A stretch of DNA of 64,000 bases from the NCBI GenBank assembly GCA_965226885.1, contig CBDDEL010000013.1:64001-128000 (forward strand), given 5' to 3'. This stretch comes from Opitutales bacterium (lineage in GTDB: Bacteria; Verrucomicrobiota; Verrucomicrobiia; Opitutales; UBA2987). The notes under the pieces were generated by a model that did no database searches, had not been told where the DNA came from, and saw nothing but the letters and a program-made list of their open reading frames with translations. Shown piece after piece: positions 11,901 to 24,043 of the stretch (its first letter is position 1; each line of letters starts with the position of its first letter). Made by a program: the position numbers and the translations under genes.

Positions 11901-14900
11901 ACCCCGATCGGCAACTACCATGTGGCTGCCAGGGTGGACCTTGCTGACACCATTCCCGAAGTGGATGAAAATAATAATATATTTTTCTCGGCCGATGATG
12001 ACACCTTGGTCGTCGGGAACGGCCTGGGGGAATCACTCGAGGACCATTTGACTGTTGGCGAACGTCAAGATTTCCAACCCCTGCTGGGCGGCGTCAGTTC
12101 ATGGTACGGGCAAAATATAGTCTTTAACCCCGACGATATCGGCATAACGGCGGGCCAGGCCGGGCCCATCGGTGATGATGAGGAAAGCTTCTTCGAGTTG
12201 CAGATCACGGTTTTGGTCGAGTCAGAACTGCTTTTCTCCTGGATGGTCGATTCGGAAGCCGGGTTCGATTTCTTGCGCTTTACCCTGAACGGAGACGAAG
12301 TTGACGAAGTTCCTGCTCTATCGGGAGAAGGTGGGGGCTGGCAAGACGAGCGCGTCATTTTATCCATCGGCACACATCTTGTCCGCTTCACCTACTCCAA
12401 GGACGATGAAGTCTCTTTTGGAGCCGACACCGGCTATGTCGATACGATGGAAGTCAACCCCATCGGCGTGGTCGAAGGGGCCCCGGACTTTATCATCGAA
12501 AGCATTTTTATCGATAAAACAGACTTTCAGCTTTCTCCCGTCGAAGTCGTTGATTTCGAGATTTCCCTGCTGAATCAGGGGGCCGATTTCGTGGCCGATG
12601 AAGACCCCGTGATAATCGAGATCCGCCTTTCCCCAGACAACCTCACATTTGATGCAGGCGATCCGCTAATTGGGACGGTTGAGTTCCCCAGCGGCCTCAA
12701 TTCGGGTGTTTCCGCCGTTGTCGCGGGCACTTTCCAGATCGATCCGCTGACCCCGGTGGGCGACTACTTCATCGCTTTCAAGGTGGATCCCGGAGGTCTG
12801 GTCCCGCTCGAGATCGATTCCAATAATACGGCCTTTACAGACAATCCGTTTGAGGTGCTGTCCTTCCCCGACCTTTTGGTGCTCAATGTAAACGTCGATT
12901 CCATCGACCCCCGTCCCGAGGGTGAGACAGTGATTGAGGTAATCATCGGAAATGCAGGTGACGACCTACCTACTGGTGCACAAGTAATTACTACTGAACT
13001 GCGTTTGACTACGGATGAAATTATAGGAAACGCGGATGATGTCATTATTGGCACTTTTCCCCGCAACGTGGGAATCAGCAGTGGCACTTCGGTATCCTCC
13101 ACGCCACTTTCCTTTACCTTTCCAGACGACATCGACTTTGGAGATTACCGCATTGCTGTCATTGTGGACAGCCCGGAAATCATTGACGAGAGCGACAACG
13201 ACAATAATACATTCATAACCCCGGCGGGTGAGACATTCACTTTCAGCCCCGAATTCGAAATGCTATCGGTCAGTGTTCCCGATACTGATTTGGTGCCGGG
13301 CGATAACCTCGATTTCAGTTTCAGTATACGCAACAATGCCGCCAATATTCCGGCCGGAGCCGCCAACCTGGATACTGAGATTATCCTGTCTCTGGACACT
13401 AATTTCGGCGACCCGTCTGACATACCGGTCACGGTGGAAACCCGGATCGACGGGGTTGATTTCGAGCAATCCTTCACCACTGCCAATTCCGTTACCCTGC
13501 CTTCGAATATTCCGCCCGGCGAATATTTCGTTGGTTTCCGGGTCAATCCGGAGGGAGCGCTGCCTGAGATTACAGTTGATAACAACGGGCAGTTCTCAAC
13601 CATTACCTATCGCATTTTCCCGGATTTCATCATCACCGAACTCCTTATTCCAAGTACTGAGTTCATCCCAGGTTCCGCTTTGGGATTCAAGGTTACGGGA
13701 CTTAACCGGGGCGCCATTCACGAGGTGGAGGTTAGTGATCCTGGTATTGTTGTAAGTATTGTCCTGACGCAGGACGATGAACTTGGGAACGCCGACGATG
13801 TGGTCCTCACGGCGGCGACACCCATCACATTCGAAGGCGACATCCTGAATGGAGAAACCCGCATCGGCAGCCAGGCTTATACGGTGCCCGACGGCGTCAC
13901 CGCGGGTACTTATCTTGTTGCGGCCACCATCGACAGCGAAGGAAGTTTTTCCGAAATTAACGAATTCAATAACAGCTTATTTTCATCGCAATCCTTCGAC
14001 CTATTCAGCGATCTTGAAGTGACCGTGCTCTCCTCTGACGATTTGCCGGACGACCTGGCTCGCGGGACTTCTTTCGAGGTAAGTGATCTGACCATTGCCA
14101 ACAACACGGACTTTTTCCTGCCCACGGGCACCGACCTTATCCTTCAATTGCGCCTATCCGAAGACCGCGTTTGGGGTAATATCGACGACAGCGTACTGGA
14201 GGAAAACCTGGTATTCTCACCCTGCTCACCGATCTCGGCCCGGCAGGCGCAACCGTGGACAGCGCGCCCACCGTGACCCTGCCTGCATTCGATGTGACCA
14301 TACCATCGAACACACCCATCGGCGATTACTTCATCGGAGCTTTTGTCGACCCCTTTGCCGCCCTTGATGAATCGGATGAAGGCAACAATATATTCTTCAC
14401 CGAACTGCCCGATCTCGAGGTGACCGGTATATCCCTGGCCGAAGCTCTCGAAGACCACCTGGACCCGGGCGACCGGCTGAATTTCGTTCCCGCCATCGGC
14501 GGCGTATCCGCCTGGTTCGGGCAAACGGATGTCTTTGAAACGGGGGCCGGAGCCCAGAGCGGCCAGGTGGGAGACGATGAAGAGGCCTTTTTTGAGGTTC
14601 TCATAACGATCGACGAAGAATCCGATGTGAGCTTTTTCTGGAGAGTATCCTCCGAAACCGGTTTCGATTTCCTAAGTTTCACCATCAACGGCGAACCTGT
14701 GGATGGAATTGCGCCCATCAGCGGCGATATTGCCGAATTTCTACCCGTCAGCACTCGTTTGGGCGCTGGCAGCTACGCTCTCCGCTGGACCTACTCGAAA
14801 GATTTTGCCCTGGAGGTCCCTGAGGATACCGCCTGGGTGGATTCACTGACCATCGCCCCGGTGGCCATTCCGCCAGATCCGCCCGACTTCGAACTGACAC

Positions 14901-17900
14901 AGCTTTTAATCGACAAGCTCGACCTTAAATTCTCGCCCATCGAACCGGTCGAATTCACCATAACGGTGACCAATGTCAGCGGAGAGGACCATGTCCCCGC
15001 ACCGGCGGCCGATCCCGTCGATATCGATCTGCGCTTGTCCTCCGACCTGGTTTTTGACGATCCGGCCGACGCCCTGCTGGCCACCGTCCAATTTGCAGGA
15101 ATCCTGGGCGCGGGCGAAAGTGTTGAGCTGAGCGGTAGCTTTACCATTGACGGGGGCACTACGCAGGGATTCTACCGCGTGGGAGCCTTTGTCGATCCGG
15201 ACGATGCGGTAACAGAAATCGAGGAAACGACCAATAACACGCTCTTTGCGGCGGGTACTTTCGAGACCCTCGGTTTTCCGGACCTGGCGGTCGGTTCCGC
15301 TACCATTTCTGTGCCTGTGGCGCGCCCGCAGGAAAATGCTACTCTGGACATCAATGTGCGCAACTTTGGCGATGATCTTCCGGACAGCGCCACACCGGTG
15401 GAGATCGAGATATTTCTGACTCGCAATGCGGTATTCGGAGATGGCGATGATGTGTTCGTAGGTTCCTCCATACTGACGGTGGGAATCGATGCCGGAGGAA
15501 CCCTCCCACTGACAGATGAATCCTTTACCTTGCCGGCTTCTCTGGAGCAGGGAGATTACGTATTCATGTTCCGCATCGACCCCGAAAACCTGGTCGCCGA
15601 AGAGGATGAAGACAACAATACATTCATCATGGATTTCGAAGCTCCCGCCAATGTGGTGAGTTTCAATCCCGACTTTCTCATCACAGAAGAAGACGTCGTC
15701 ATCGTACCGCCGGATCCGGTTTTGCCGGAAGCGGAAATCCTCCTCAGTTTCAACCTGACCAACCTGGGCGCCGATTATTTCGACCTGGGCGGCGGATTCC
15801 CCATCGTGGTGGATGCAGCCCTCTCCACCGACGGCACATTCGGCAATGGCGACGACCTGCCCTTAGGCTCCATCACAGTGGGAACGGAATTGAGTTTCAA
15901 CACATCAATCATCGTTGAAAACGAGATACTGCAAATACCATCGCCCATCGATTCGGACAGCTATTTTCTCGCGTTGAGAGTCAATCCGGAAGATTCCATC
16001 GTGGAGAACGACACCGACAACAATACATTTATCAGCACCGAGCCCATTCGCATCGATCCTGATTTCACCATCACAAATCTTGAATTGCCAAACAGCGATT
16101 TGATTCCCGGGGCGACCTCCGGATTCAAGGTAACTGCGGCCAACCTGGGCACCAATTACCTCGGCGCAGAGGACGTCACCGTGCAACTGGTGCTGACCAC
16201 GGACAATGTAATCGGCAACAGCGACGATCACATCCTTGGCACTGGCAATGATTTTGGATTTACCGCTCCCATCCTCTCGGGTGATACTCCCAGTGAAAGC
16301 CAGAGCCTAGCCATTCCAGACCCCATTCTTTCTGGCACTTACATCGTCGCCGCCCGCATCGATCCGCTCAACCAGGTGGGTGAAACCGATGAAGCCAACA
16401 ACACCACCTTTTCCATCCAGTCCTTCGATCTCCTGACGGACTTACAGGTTTCACCGCTGGAAAGTGGTAACGATAACGATGACAATTACGATCCCGACAA
16501 TACCGATAACTCCGACTACGTTCGGGGGGTCGAGGCCATCGTTATCAACAGCATCACCATAGAGAACACCAGCCTCTTTGACGCCCCGGGTGGAACAGCC
16601 ATACAGGTGCGCCTTTCCAAGGACCGCATTTTCGGTAATCTCGATGACGCCATAATCGTTCCCGAGATCGTCATCGCAGAAGTCCTGGGGGAGGGGGATA
16701 CGGCTTCTGTCACAAGCGGCTTCAATGTCCTTATACCGGACGACACCCCGGTCGGCGATTATTTCCTGGCTGTGCGGGTGGATTTCAATAGCGAGATTAC
16801 GGAGATCGATGAAACCAACAACACTATCTTTTCAACCTTTGCCGATATCACCATTCTCGGCACCGGAGACACTTCCGATGGCTTGGAAGAAGCGCTGGAA
16901 GATCATAGTCCCGCCAATCCAATAGGCATTTTCGCCAGTCTGGGAGGAGTCTCGTCCTGGTTTGCGCAGACCGATCAGGTCGAGGACGGCGCGGCCGGAG
17001 GCCAGAGCGGCGCGGTCGGCGATAACGAGGAGAGCCTCTTTGAATTTTCTGTTTTTCAGGAAGAACGCTTTGAGCTCAGTTTTTTCTGGAGCGTATCCTC
17101 CGAGGACGGCTTCGATTTTCTCCTTTTCAGCATTAATGGTGAGGAGATGGAATCGATTTCCGGCGACAACATCACGTTTACTGAAGTGACCCATGTTCTC
17201 GATCCCGGCAGCTACACCTTCCGGTGGACCTATCGCAAAGATGCCAACACCTTCAAATTTCTGGATGCCGGCTGGGTCGATTCCATCGAAATCAACGCCG
17301 CCACCGATACCGAGCTTGACGATCCCGACTTTACCATTCTGAGCGCCGATTACGAGCCCGGAACATTTGTGGTCCAGCGCGACAGCTTTGATTTCAATGC
17401 CATCGGGGTAAATATCGGGGGCGACCTGTTGCCCATCCCATCCGACACCCTGGAGGTGGAAGCCGTCTTGTCCATCGACCAGGAAATAGGCAATGGCGAC
17501 GACATCATCCTGGGATCTTTTCTCATCGCGGAACCGCTCGATGAAAACAACCAGTTTGTTTATCGAAATATTATTGAGATTCCCGAGACGAACCGGGCTG
17601 GCATCGTAATTCCAGCCTCCGCCAGTTATTTCCTCGGCCTCAGAATCGATCCGCCCACGTCGGAGAAACCGGCCGGCAACTTTGACGAATTGGATGAGAA
17701 CAACAACATCCTCATTTCCGATGAAGCTGACATCGTGGTCGAAACCAGGCCCGATATCACCCTTGAAAACTTTACTTATACCAACGGAACTTTCTCCTAC
17801 GGTGAGAGCATCCTTCTCTCATTCGACATGGCCAACGAGGGTTTGCGCAGCATATCCAGTGTTTTCGAGGGCGGTGAACCGATCAGCATGCGCGTAGTGC

Positions 17901-20900
17901 TCGACAATAGCGAATTCACTACTTTCGAATATACAGAGGGGCTTGCCATCGGAGAACGGCGGTTTATTCAAGTGTCCGTCACAGTTCAGGACGATTTCCC
18001 CATTTCCACTACTTGCGGAAACATAAATGTCATCGCCGATACTTCCGACGGCGTCGATGAATCGAACGAAGACAACAATTCCACTTTCAACACCAACCTG
18101 GATACCTTCATCACCGGAATTGATCTGGGCGAGGCTTTGGATGCCACCCGGTTGCGTTGGGTTCTCGATGGTTCGTCGTCATGCGTTCCCTGGGTCGGGC
18201 AAAGTGAAGAATCTCTCGATGGTGAGGATGCCGTCAAGTCTCCGGCAACGTTGGCCGAAGGGGAATTCTCTAATCTTTCGAGCACCGTATTCATCGATTC
18301 GCCCACCTTCGTCAGCTTTGCTTACATGGGCACTCCCGTTATTCAAATCAAGCAGGGAGATGAAATCATCCGGCAGGTAAAGCTGATCGCTCCCGAGGGG
18401 GACGGTATATGGAATGGCTTCCAGATCGAGCTCGATCCGGGAGACTTTTATACTTTCACCTTCATTTCCGGCACTATAATACTGGAGGCGGACCTGCAGG
18501 ATGGTGATGATATTGTGTCTGCCGGTGAGGAATTTGATGCCGGGACTGGTATGTTCATCGATCAATTCGAACTCTCATTCCCCGAAATCGCTCTTCAAAC
18601 CATCGATTTTACGGGCGGATCGCAAACACTGGCCAGAGGAGATACTATAGACTTGGCAGACGCGGTTATCGAAATAGTCAATACCGGAGCCAAGGATGTG
18701 CCCGCCAATACGCCTCTCGTCTTCCAGTTCCGGCTCTCCACAGATCAGGTTTTTGGCGACGACAACGATATTCTCCTGCGGAGCGAGGCACTCGGTTTCC
18801 TTAAGGACACCCATACCGTGCAATTGGACGATGCCCTGGTGGCCAGTGCAGACCCCTTAATCCCACGAGATGTTAGCGAATTCTTTACCCTCAGGGTGTC
18901 CGAATTTACTCCGCCGGGAGATTATTTCCTGGGCGCATTTGTCAATTTTACCGGAATAATCGAAGAAGTGGATATCACCAACAACGTGCTATTCACGGAT
19001 CAACCGGTGGTCACCGTAAATGCCGGAGGCGGTGTCGTTACACTGGATGAAGCGCTCGATCTGGATGATGTCTCCGCGCCCGTCGGCCCCTTGGCTTCCA
19101 CTCGCGATCTAGAAGTTCCTTGGTTCGGACAGGGAGACGTACACAATGGCGACGGCGACGCTGCCCAGAGCCCCTTCATCGACGAGGGCAGCGAAACAGC
19201 ATTTGAAGTACCCATACCAGGTCCGGCAGAGGTCACCTTCTTCTGGAAATCCGACACACTGGAGAACCTCAACAGCTTGGCATTGCTGCTTGACGGGGTT
19301 ATCGAAAAACGCATTTCCGGAGATGTCGATTGGCAGCAGGAGAGCGTAGTCTTGGGCGATGGCGACCACACCTTACGCTGGGTCTATCAAAAGGGCAAAA
19401 ACCCCGAAGGAACCGATGTCGGCTATATCGACAATATCGCCGTCAATATTTTCGACCTCGAAGTGACGGATATAAAAGTAGGCGGCGACATAGCGGTGGA
19501 CCGGGAAGACCCCGTAGATGGCTTGAGTGTGACCTTGACAAATAACGGCAATGCTGCCGTCGGGGCCTTCATATTCGAGGTGCTGCTGTCGCTTAATAAT
19601 GAGTTCGGCGATGCGGATGACGTGATTCTGGGCACATTCGAATTGGCCAGTGGCATAGATGCATCCAGTGACGTTATCCTCATTTCGGATACTGATTTTG
19701 ATCTTGTTGTTCCCAACACCGCCAATCCCGGCGTGTATTCAGTGGTAGTAAACATAGATTCCACCAATGTTATCAACGAGGTCGATGAAGCCAATAATAT
19801 CGAGTTCGACCTTGATACGCCCAATACGGTCACCGTAAATTCTCTCTCTTTGTCCGATGCTATGGACGCTAGCGGTGATCTGGCCCCGGCATCATTTACT
19901 ATTGGGGGAGACGCCTCCTGGTATGGTGCCGAAGGGCTCGACGGAGCCGATACCACCAATGGCGACGATGCCGGCACGGTGCCCGACCTCGATATTGCCG
20001 GCCAGACCGCATTTTTCGAGACGAGCATACCAGGCCCCTTCCTTCTGTTCTTCGAATGGAAGGTTTTCTCCGCCGGAGACACCCTGTCATTATCCATCGA
20101 TAGTGTGGAAGTCGCATCCATAATCGGAACGGACGGATTTTCCACCATCGACCTCAACATCCAGGCCGGTTCCACCGACCGTCTTGTCCGCTGGACCTAT
20201 ACGCGCAACAACGACGGAGACGACGATCCGGCCGAAAAGGCGTTTGTGGACAATCTGTTGATCGAAGCGCTAACTCTACCGGATTTGATCATTACCAGTC
20301 TCGATTTTTCGGAAGGCACCTTTGTCATACAAGCCAACACCGCCTTTGACGTTACGGTGGTGGGAGTTAATGCCGGAGTGCCCATGAGCGATAGCGGTTC
20401 CTCTACCGGCAGCCAGCTCTTTGATGTGGAAATTCGGCTCTCTCTGGATAAAATTTGGGGCAATTCCGATGATATTATCCTCGGCAAATTGAACGAAATT
20501 GAGCAGATCGATGATAACGGCCGCTTCGTTTTTACCCAATCGTGGATACTTTCCAACCCCTATGCGGAAGGTGACTACTTTGTCGCGGCCTTCGTGGACA
20601 GCACCGAGATTTTCGAGGAATTCGATGAAGCCAATAACTTCTCATTTTCTGAAAGTGCCGATGTCACCCTCGATCTTCGCCCCAACCTGCGAATCCAGAA
20701 TTTGACCTACCGAACCGGCAGCTACTTTAAAAATGGAGAAATTCAATTAGAATTCGATGTCGTCAACACCGGATTCGAAGACTTCCCGATTGGCGAATCT
20801 TTCCAAATCACCATCGATCTGAAAGGGCAATTTACGGATACATTTGACGATAACGGTGATGTGCAGGAAATCACGGAGCAAACCAATTTGGATCGCACGC

Positions 20901-21709
20901 TGGTCATTTTCGCCGATGATCGCGGTATTCGCGCCGACTTGACCGGCCTCAATCCGCCCAGCGTCACATTCAGCGCGAGCCTCAAGCTGCCCGCCTATAA
21001 CGAATCAGATATCACGGATGAATTCCCGGTCTTCAGTAATTTGACCGTCGATGACCCGAACACAACGGGAACACCGGGCAATGAATCGCCCATTTCCATC
21101 TTTTTTGCCCTCGACACCAACATTACTTCGGACGACGTGGCCATGGTATCGGGAGCGTCCATTACCTTCCTCGGCTCTCACAATATCGAAATCCTGGCCC
21201 GCCCGTTCTCACAGGACTTCACCGAGTTTGCGACCTTCTGGAACGCCGAACCCGATCAGGGCAGCGGTAACTCAGTAAACGCTAAAGGGGACGATGACGA
21301 CAGCGATGGGTTTACCAATTTGCAGGAATTTGCTTTCGGCATGGACCCGAGAGAGGCCAATGCCCAGCCCGCCTTCGACGATGGCTCACGGACCAATCCC
21401 GGACCCGCGTTTGGCTTGATCCAGATCGACGGCGAAGAATACCTCAGCGTGACCTTTAACCGTCTCGACAATTTTGCCAATGGAGAAGATTTAGATTATG
21501 TGGTTGAGGTATCTGAAAATGGAACTTTCGCCGATGCCGTCGAATTGATAACGATCGATTCCACGGACACGATTGACATAATCGAAAGCGATACGGAAAC
21601 CGTCAGCGTGATCGACAACGATTACCTGCACCGCATAACGGTTAAAGACACCATACCCGTCAATGCGACCGCCACCCGATTCATCCGGATAAAAGTCATC
21701 GACAACTGA
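8999..21709 (+). pseudogene. Giant secreted RCC1/CARDB-repeat protein B (about 4,200 aa reconstructed), disrupted
   Basis: Signal peptide, RCC1 repeats, about 21 CARDB-like repeats, 6 WFGQ modules, DSDGFTNLQEFAFGMDP motif, C-terminal RFIRIKV. Lesions: frame-shifting deletions in RCC1 blades near 9482 and 9602, and a 2-bp TC duplication at 14215-14218 separating the 1527-aa and 2484-aa ORFs. Confidence 0.88.
10092..17323 (+). repeat. Three copies of a ~2.4-kb protein super-repeat (5 CARDB + 1 WFGQ module)
   Basis: Units start at PDF codons 10092, 12483, 14882 (next PDF 17324). Position-specific motifs recur: PRP/ARP in repeat 2, GFK(I/V)T and FS..SFDL in repeat 4, LS.DR..G...D in repeat 5, then LEDH...GGVS.W..Q. 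Similarity is at protein level, DNA is diverged. Confidence 0.85.
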
Positions 21710-21728
21710 TAGATATAGCCAGCCATAA

Positions 21729-21751
21729 CCTCCCATGTCATATTAGGGAGG
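21729..21751. terminator. Possible hairpin between convergent genes
   Basis: cctccc-N11-gggagg between the stops of giant gene B and the larA-family gene; no clear U-tract. Confidence 0.3.
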
Positions 21752-21780
21752 AGATATAATTATCAGAGAAAATACCGCCT

Positions 21781-23043
21781 CTATTGCAGATAAGGTATGG
21801 TTTGCGGACCTTCCGGTAATACCGCGACAGGCGAGTCGCCGCCTATTTTGGCCAGTTCATCATGCAAGCTTTTCTTCAAGTCGTGAATTGGGATAAGTTT
21901 GGCTTTCAGCGTATCTTGATCGGAGATTTTGCTATACAACCCGATCCGCCCTTTGACCATAATGTTGGCCAGCATCTGCACCTCCCACTGATCGAACATT
22001 TCAAAACCGGGCTCGAATATTTTATCGAGCATTGCTTGCGCAGTAGGGTAATGGAAGAGAAAACTCTTGAAGTTACCGTGCTCCGGGAACCCATCGTTGC
22101 AGCGGGCAGCCGCTAATATCAATCCGCCCGGTTTGAGGATTTGGGCGGCCGCGGACATGCCCTTGACGGCCTGATAAAGATTTTGATCGAGAGGATAACC
22201 GCCGTTTGTCGTTATTACGATTGGAAATGGATTGGGGCATGCGACCATGGCCGTTTCTCTGACAAATTTACAGCCCTCACGGTGAGCGGCCAGCGTTTCC
22301 CCGCAAAAAAATCGCGTAATCTCCTTTTTGTCGTTCAGGGCGACATTGATGCAAAAGTCGATGGGAAGCAGCGAAGCGCCCGCCCTTACGTTTTCCTGGG
22401 TAGGGTTGTCCTCAAGAATTCCCCAGGCGCTGCGGGGGTGGCCGATATTTTTTGCGCCGTGGTATTTCATGATCGCTTCCACATTTGTCACGCCGGGGAA
22501 AACCGCCTTGTAGCCGCCGGAAAATCCGGCCATGAAATGAGGCTCAATAAACCCCAGGATTATCCGCCTGTCTGCCTCCACATACTCGCGATTAAAATAA
22601 ACGGGGTAGCCGAATGGCGATTCGCCGGCATAGGCCATGGTGTCGTGATTATGGCCGTCATGGTTGATGATCCGGTAATTTGCGGCGATGTCTTTTCCCA
22701 CCATCTGCTCGATTTCGGCCGGCGTATTTCCACGATGGGAACCGGTTCCTATAATTATTGTGAATCGATCTTTGGGCACATGCTTCAATTCACGGAAGAG
22801 CCAGGGCAGTAGCAGGTCGCTCGGCAGTGGTCGCGTGATATCGGCAATGACCACCACAACCCGGTCTTTTGCCCCAACCAGCTCTTTCAATGGCAGGCAC
22901 TCTATGGGACTGCGGACGGCTGCCTGAAATGCGGCCATCTGGTCGGAAATTCCCTTCACGAAGGCGGGCTTCAGCGTCGTTGCATTGACGCCTTCAAGAT
23001 CGACTTCCAATCCGCTCTGCCCATATAATAGACTGACCTTCAT
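21781..23043 (-). CDS. larA: Nickel-pincer-dependent lactate racemase / 2-hydroxyacid racemase-epimerase family
   Basis: Motifs 'DITRP', 'GTGSHR', 'NHD', 'EPHFMAGFSGGYK', 'DQNLYQAVKG', 'DQW'; start taken at MKVSLLYG (ATG 23043). Substrate not determined. Confidence 0.88.
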   Translation of the reverse strand: MKVSLLYGQSGLEVDLEGVNATTLKPAFVKGISDQMAAFQAAVRSPIECLPLKELVGAKDRVVVVIADITRPLPSDLLLPWLFRELKHVPKDRFTIIIGTGSHRGNTPAEIEQMVGKDIAANYRIINHDGHNHDTMAYAGESPFGYPVYFNREYVEADRRIILGFIEPHFMAGFSGGYKAVFPGVTNVEAIMKYHGAKNIGHPRSAWGILEDNPTQENVRAGASLLPIDFCINVALNDKKEITRFFCGETLAAHREGCKFVRETAMVACPNPFPIVITTNGGYPLDQNLYQAVKGMSAAAQILKPGGLILAAARCNDGFPEHGNFKSFLFHYPTAQAMLDKIFEPGFEMFDQWEVQMLANIMVKGRIGLYSKISDQDTLKAKLIPIHDLKKSLHDELAKIGGDSPVAVLPEGPQTIPYLQ

Positions 23044-23104
23044 AGGTAGGTAGAGGGAATGTGAAAATGGTCCCGTATGATAATTCGAGAGGGGACGAAG
23101 GCGA

Positions 23105-24019
23105 TTAAACGGCGGCGGGTTCGAAGACCCAGTCCTCAATTTTTTCCAGCGCCTCATCGACCATCCTTTCCTGCTCTGAATTGAGCCGCTGGAACGGTTC
23201 TGTGGACATGTTTGTTTTGATCAAGCCCCGGCGCATGAGAACATGTTTTTGGGCTGAGGGCCATAACGGCATACCATCGCCACCGTAAATGGAATAAGCC
23301 GAGTTGATAGCCTCTTGGTATTTTTTCGCTTCATTCTCCCGCTCTGCCAGGGCTGCCTTGAAGACAGCCACGCATAGACCCGGCAACATGCTGCCAATGC
23401 CGGCGATGGTGCCGCCGCCGATTTTTGCAGATTTGGCGATCTCCCGCACACTACCGTTGAAGCATGGCGTATTGTTCGGCAACTCTCTAACGCATCGGGC
23501 AAATAATTCGAAGTTTTGAGCAGAAAATTTTAGACCCTCCATATTGGGTAGTGACATGAATTCCGCTATCGATTCAAAATCGCTGGCGAAAGGTGTGACA
23601 TAGGGGTTTTCGTAAAACCAGACCGGCACCGCTGAATTTTCAGTCAAAACCTTCATGAATCGGAAAGTTTCTCCCGGGGTTCGGCTGGGAAACACCATGC
23701 GGGGAGTCGCCACAACGGCATCGACTTTTGCTTCCACGGCCATTGTTACATTGTCGAGCGCCCTTTTTGTGCTAATTTCCGACACATTGGCCAGAATCGG
23801 GACACGGCCGTTGACGATGCGCACGGATTCACGGAAGAGGATCGCCCTCTGGCTGTCGCGCAGGGCAATGCCCTCGCCCATGGTGCCGCCCACGAACAAT
23901 CCTTTCAAATCGTAGCCGAGCATCCAGTTGATGAGGTTTTCGAGACTTGGCACATCAATCGTTTCATCCTCGTTCAAAGGGGTGATGAGTGCCGGAACTA
24001 TTCCAATTTCAATATTCAT
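23105..24019 (-). CDS. Dihydrodipicolinate synthase / N-acetylneuraminate lyase family aldolase
   Basis: 'ALITPL', 'GGTMGE', 'FYENP', Schiff-base lysine in 'GLKFS'. Confidence 0.88.
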   Translation of the reverse strand: MNIEIGIVPALITPLNEDETIDVPSLENLINWMLGYDLKGLFVGGTMGEGIALRDSQRAILFRESVRIVNGRVPILANVSEISTKRALDNVTMAVEAKVDAVVATPRMVFPSRTPGETFRFMKVLTENSAVPVWFYENPYVTPFASDFESIAEFMSLPNMEGLKFSAQNFELFARCVRELPNNTPCFNGSVREIAKSAKIGGGTIAGIGSMLPGLCVAVFKAALAERENEAKKYQEAINSAYSIYGGDGMPLWPSAQKHVLMRRGLIKTNMSTEPFQRLNSEQERMVDEALEKIEDWVFEPAAV

Positions 24020-24043
24020 GATTTAATATAATGGTTTTTGATT

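Noticed and set aside
945..21709. Diversity-generating retroelement or recombinational shuffling acting on the repeats
   Set aside because: No reverse transcriptase or recombinase, and I saw no near-identical DNA repeat pair; repeats are diverged at nucleotide level.
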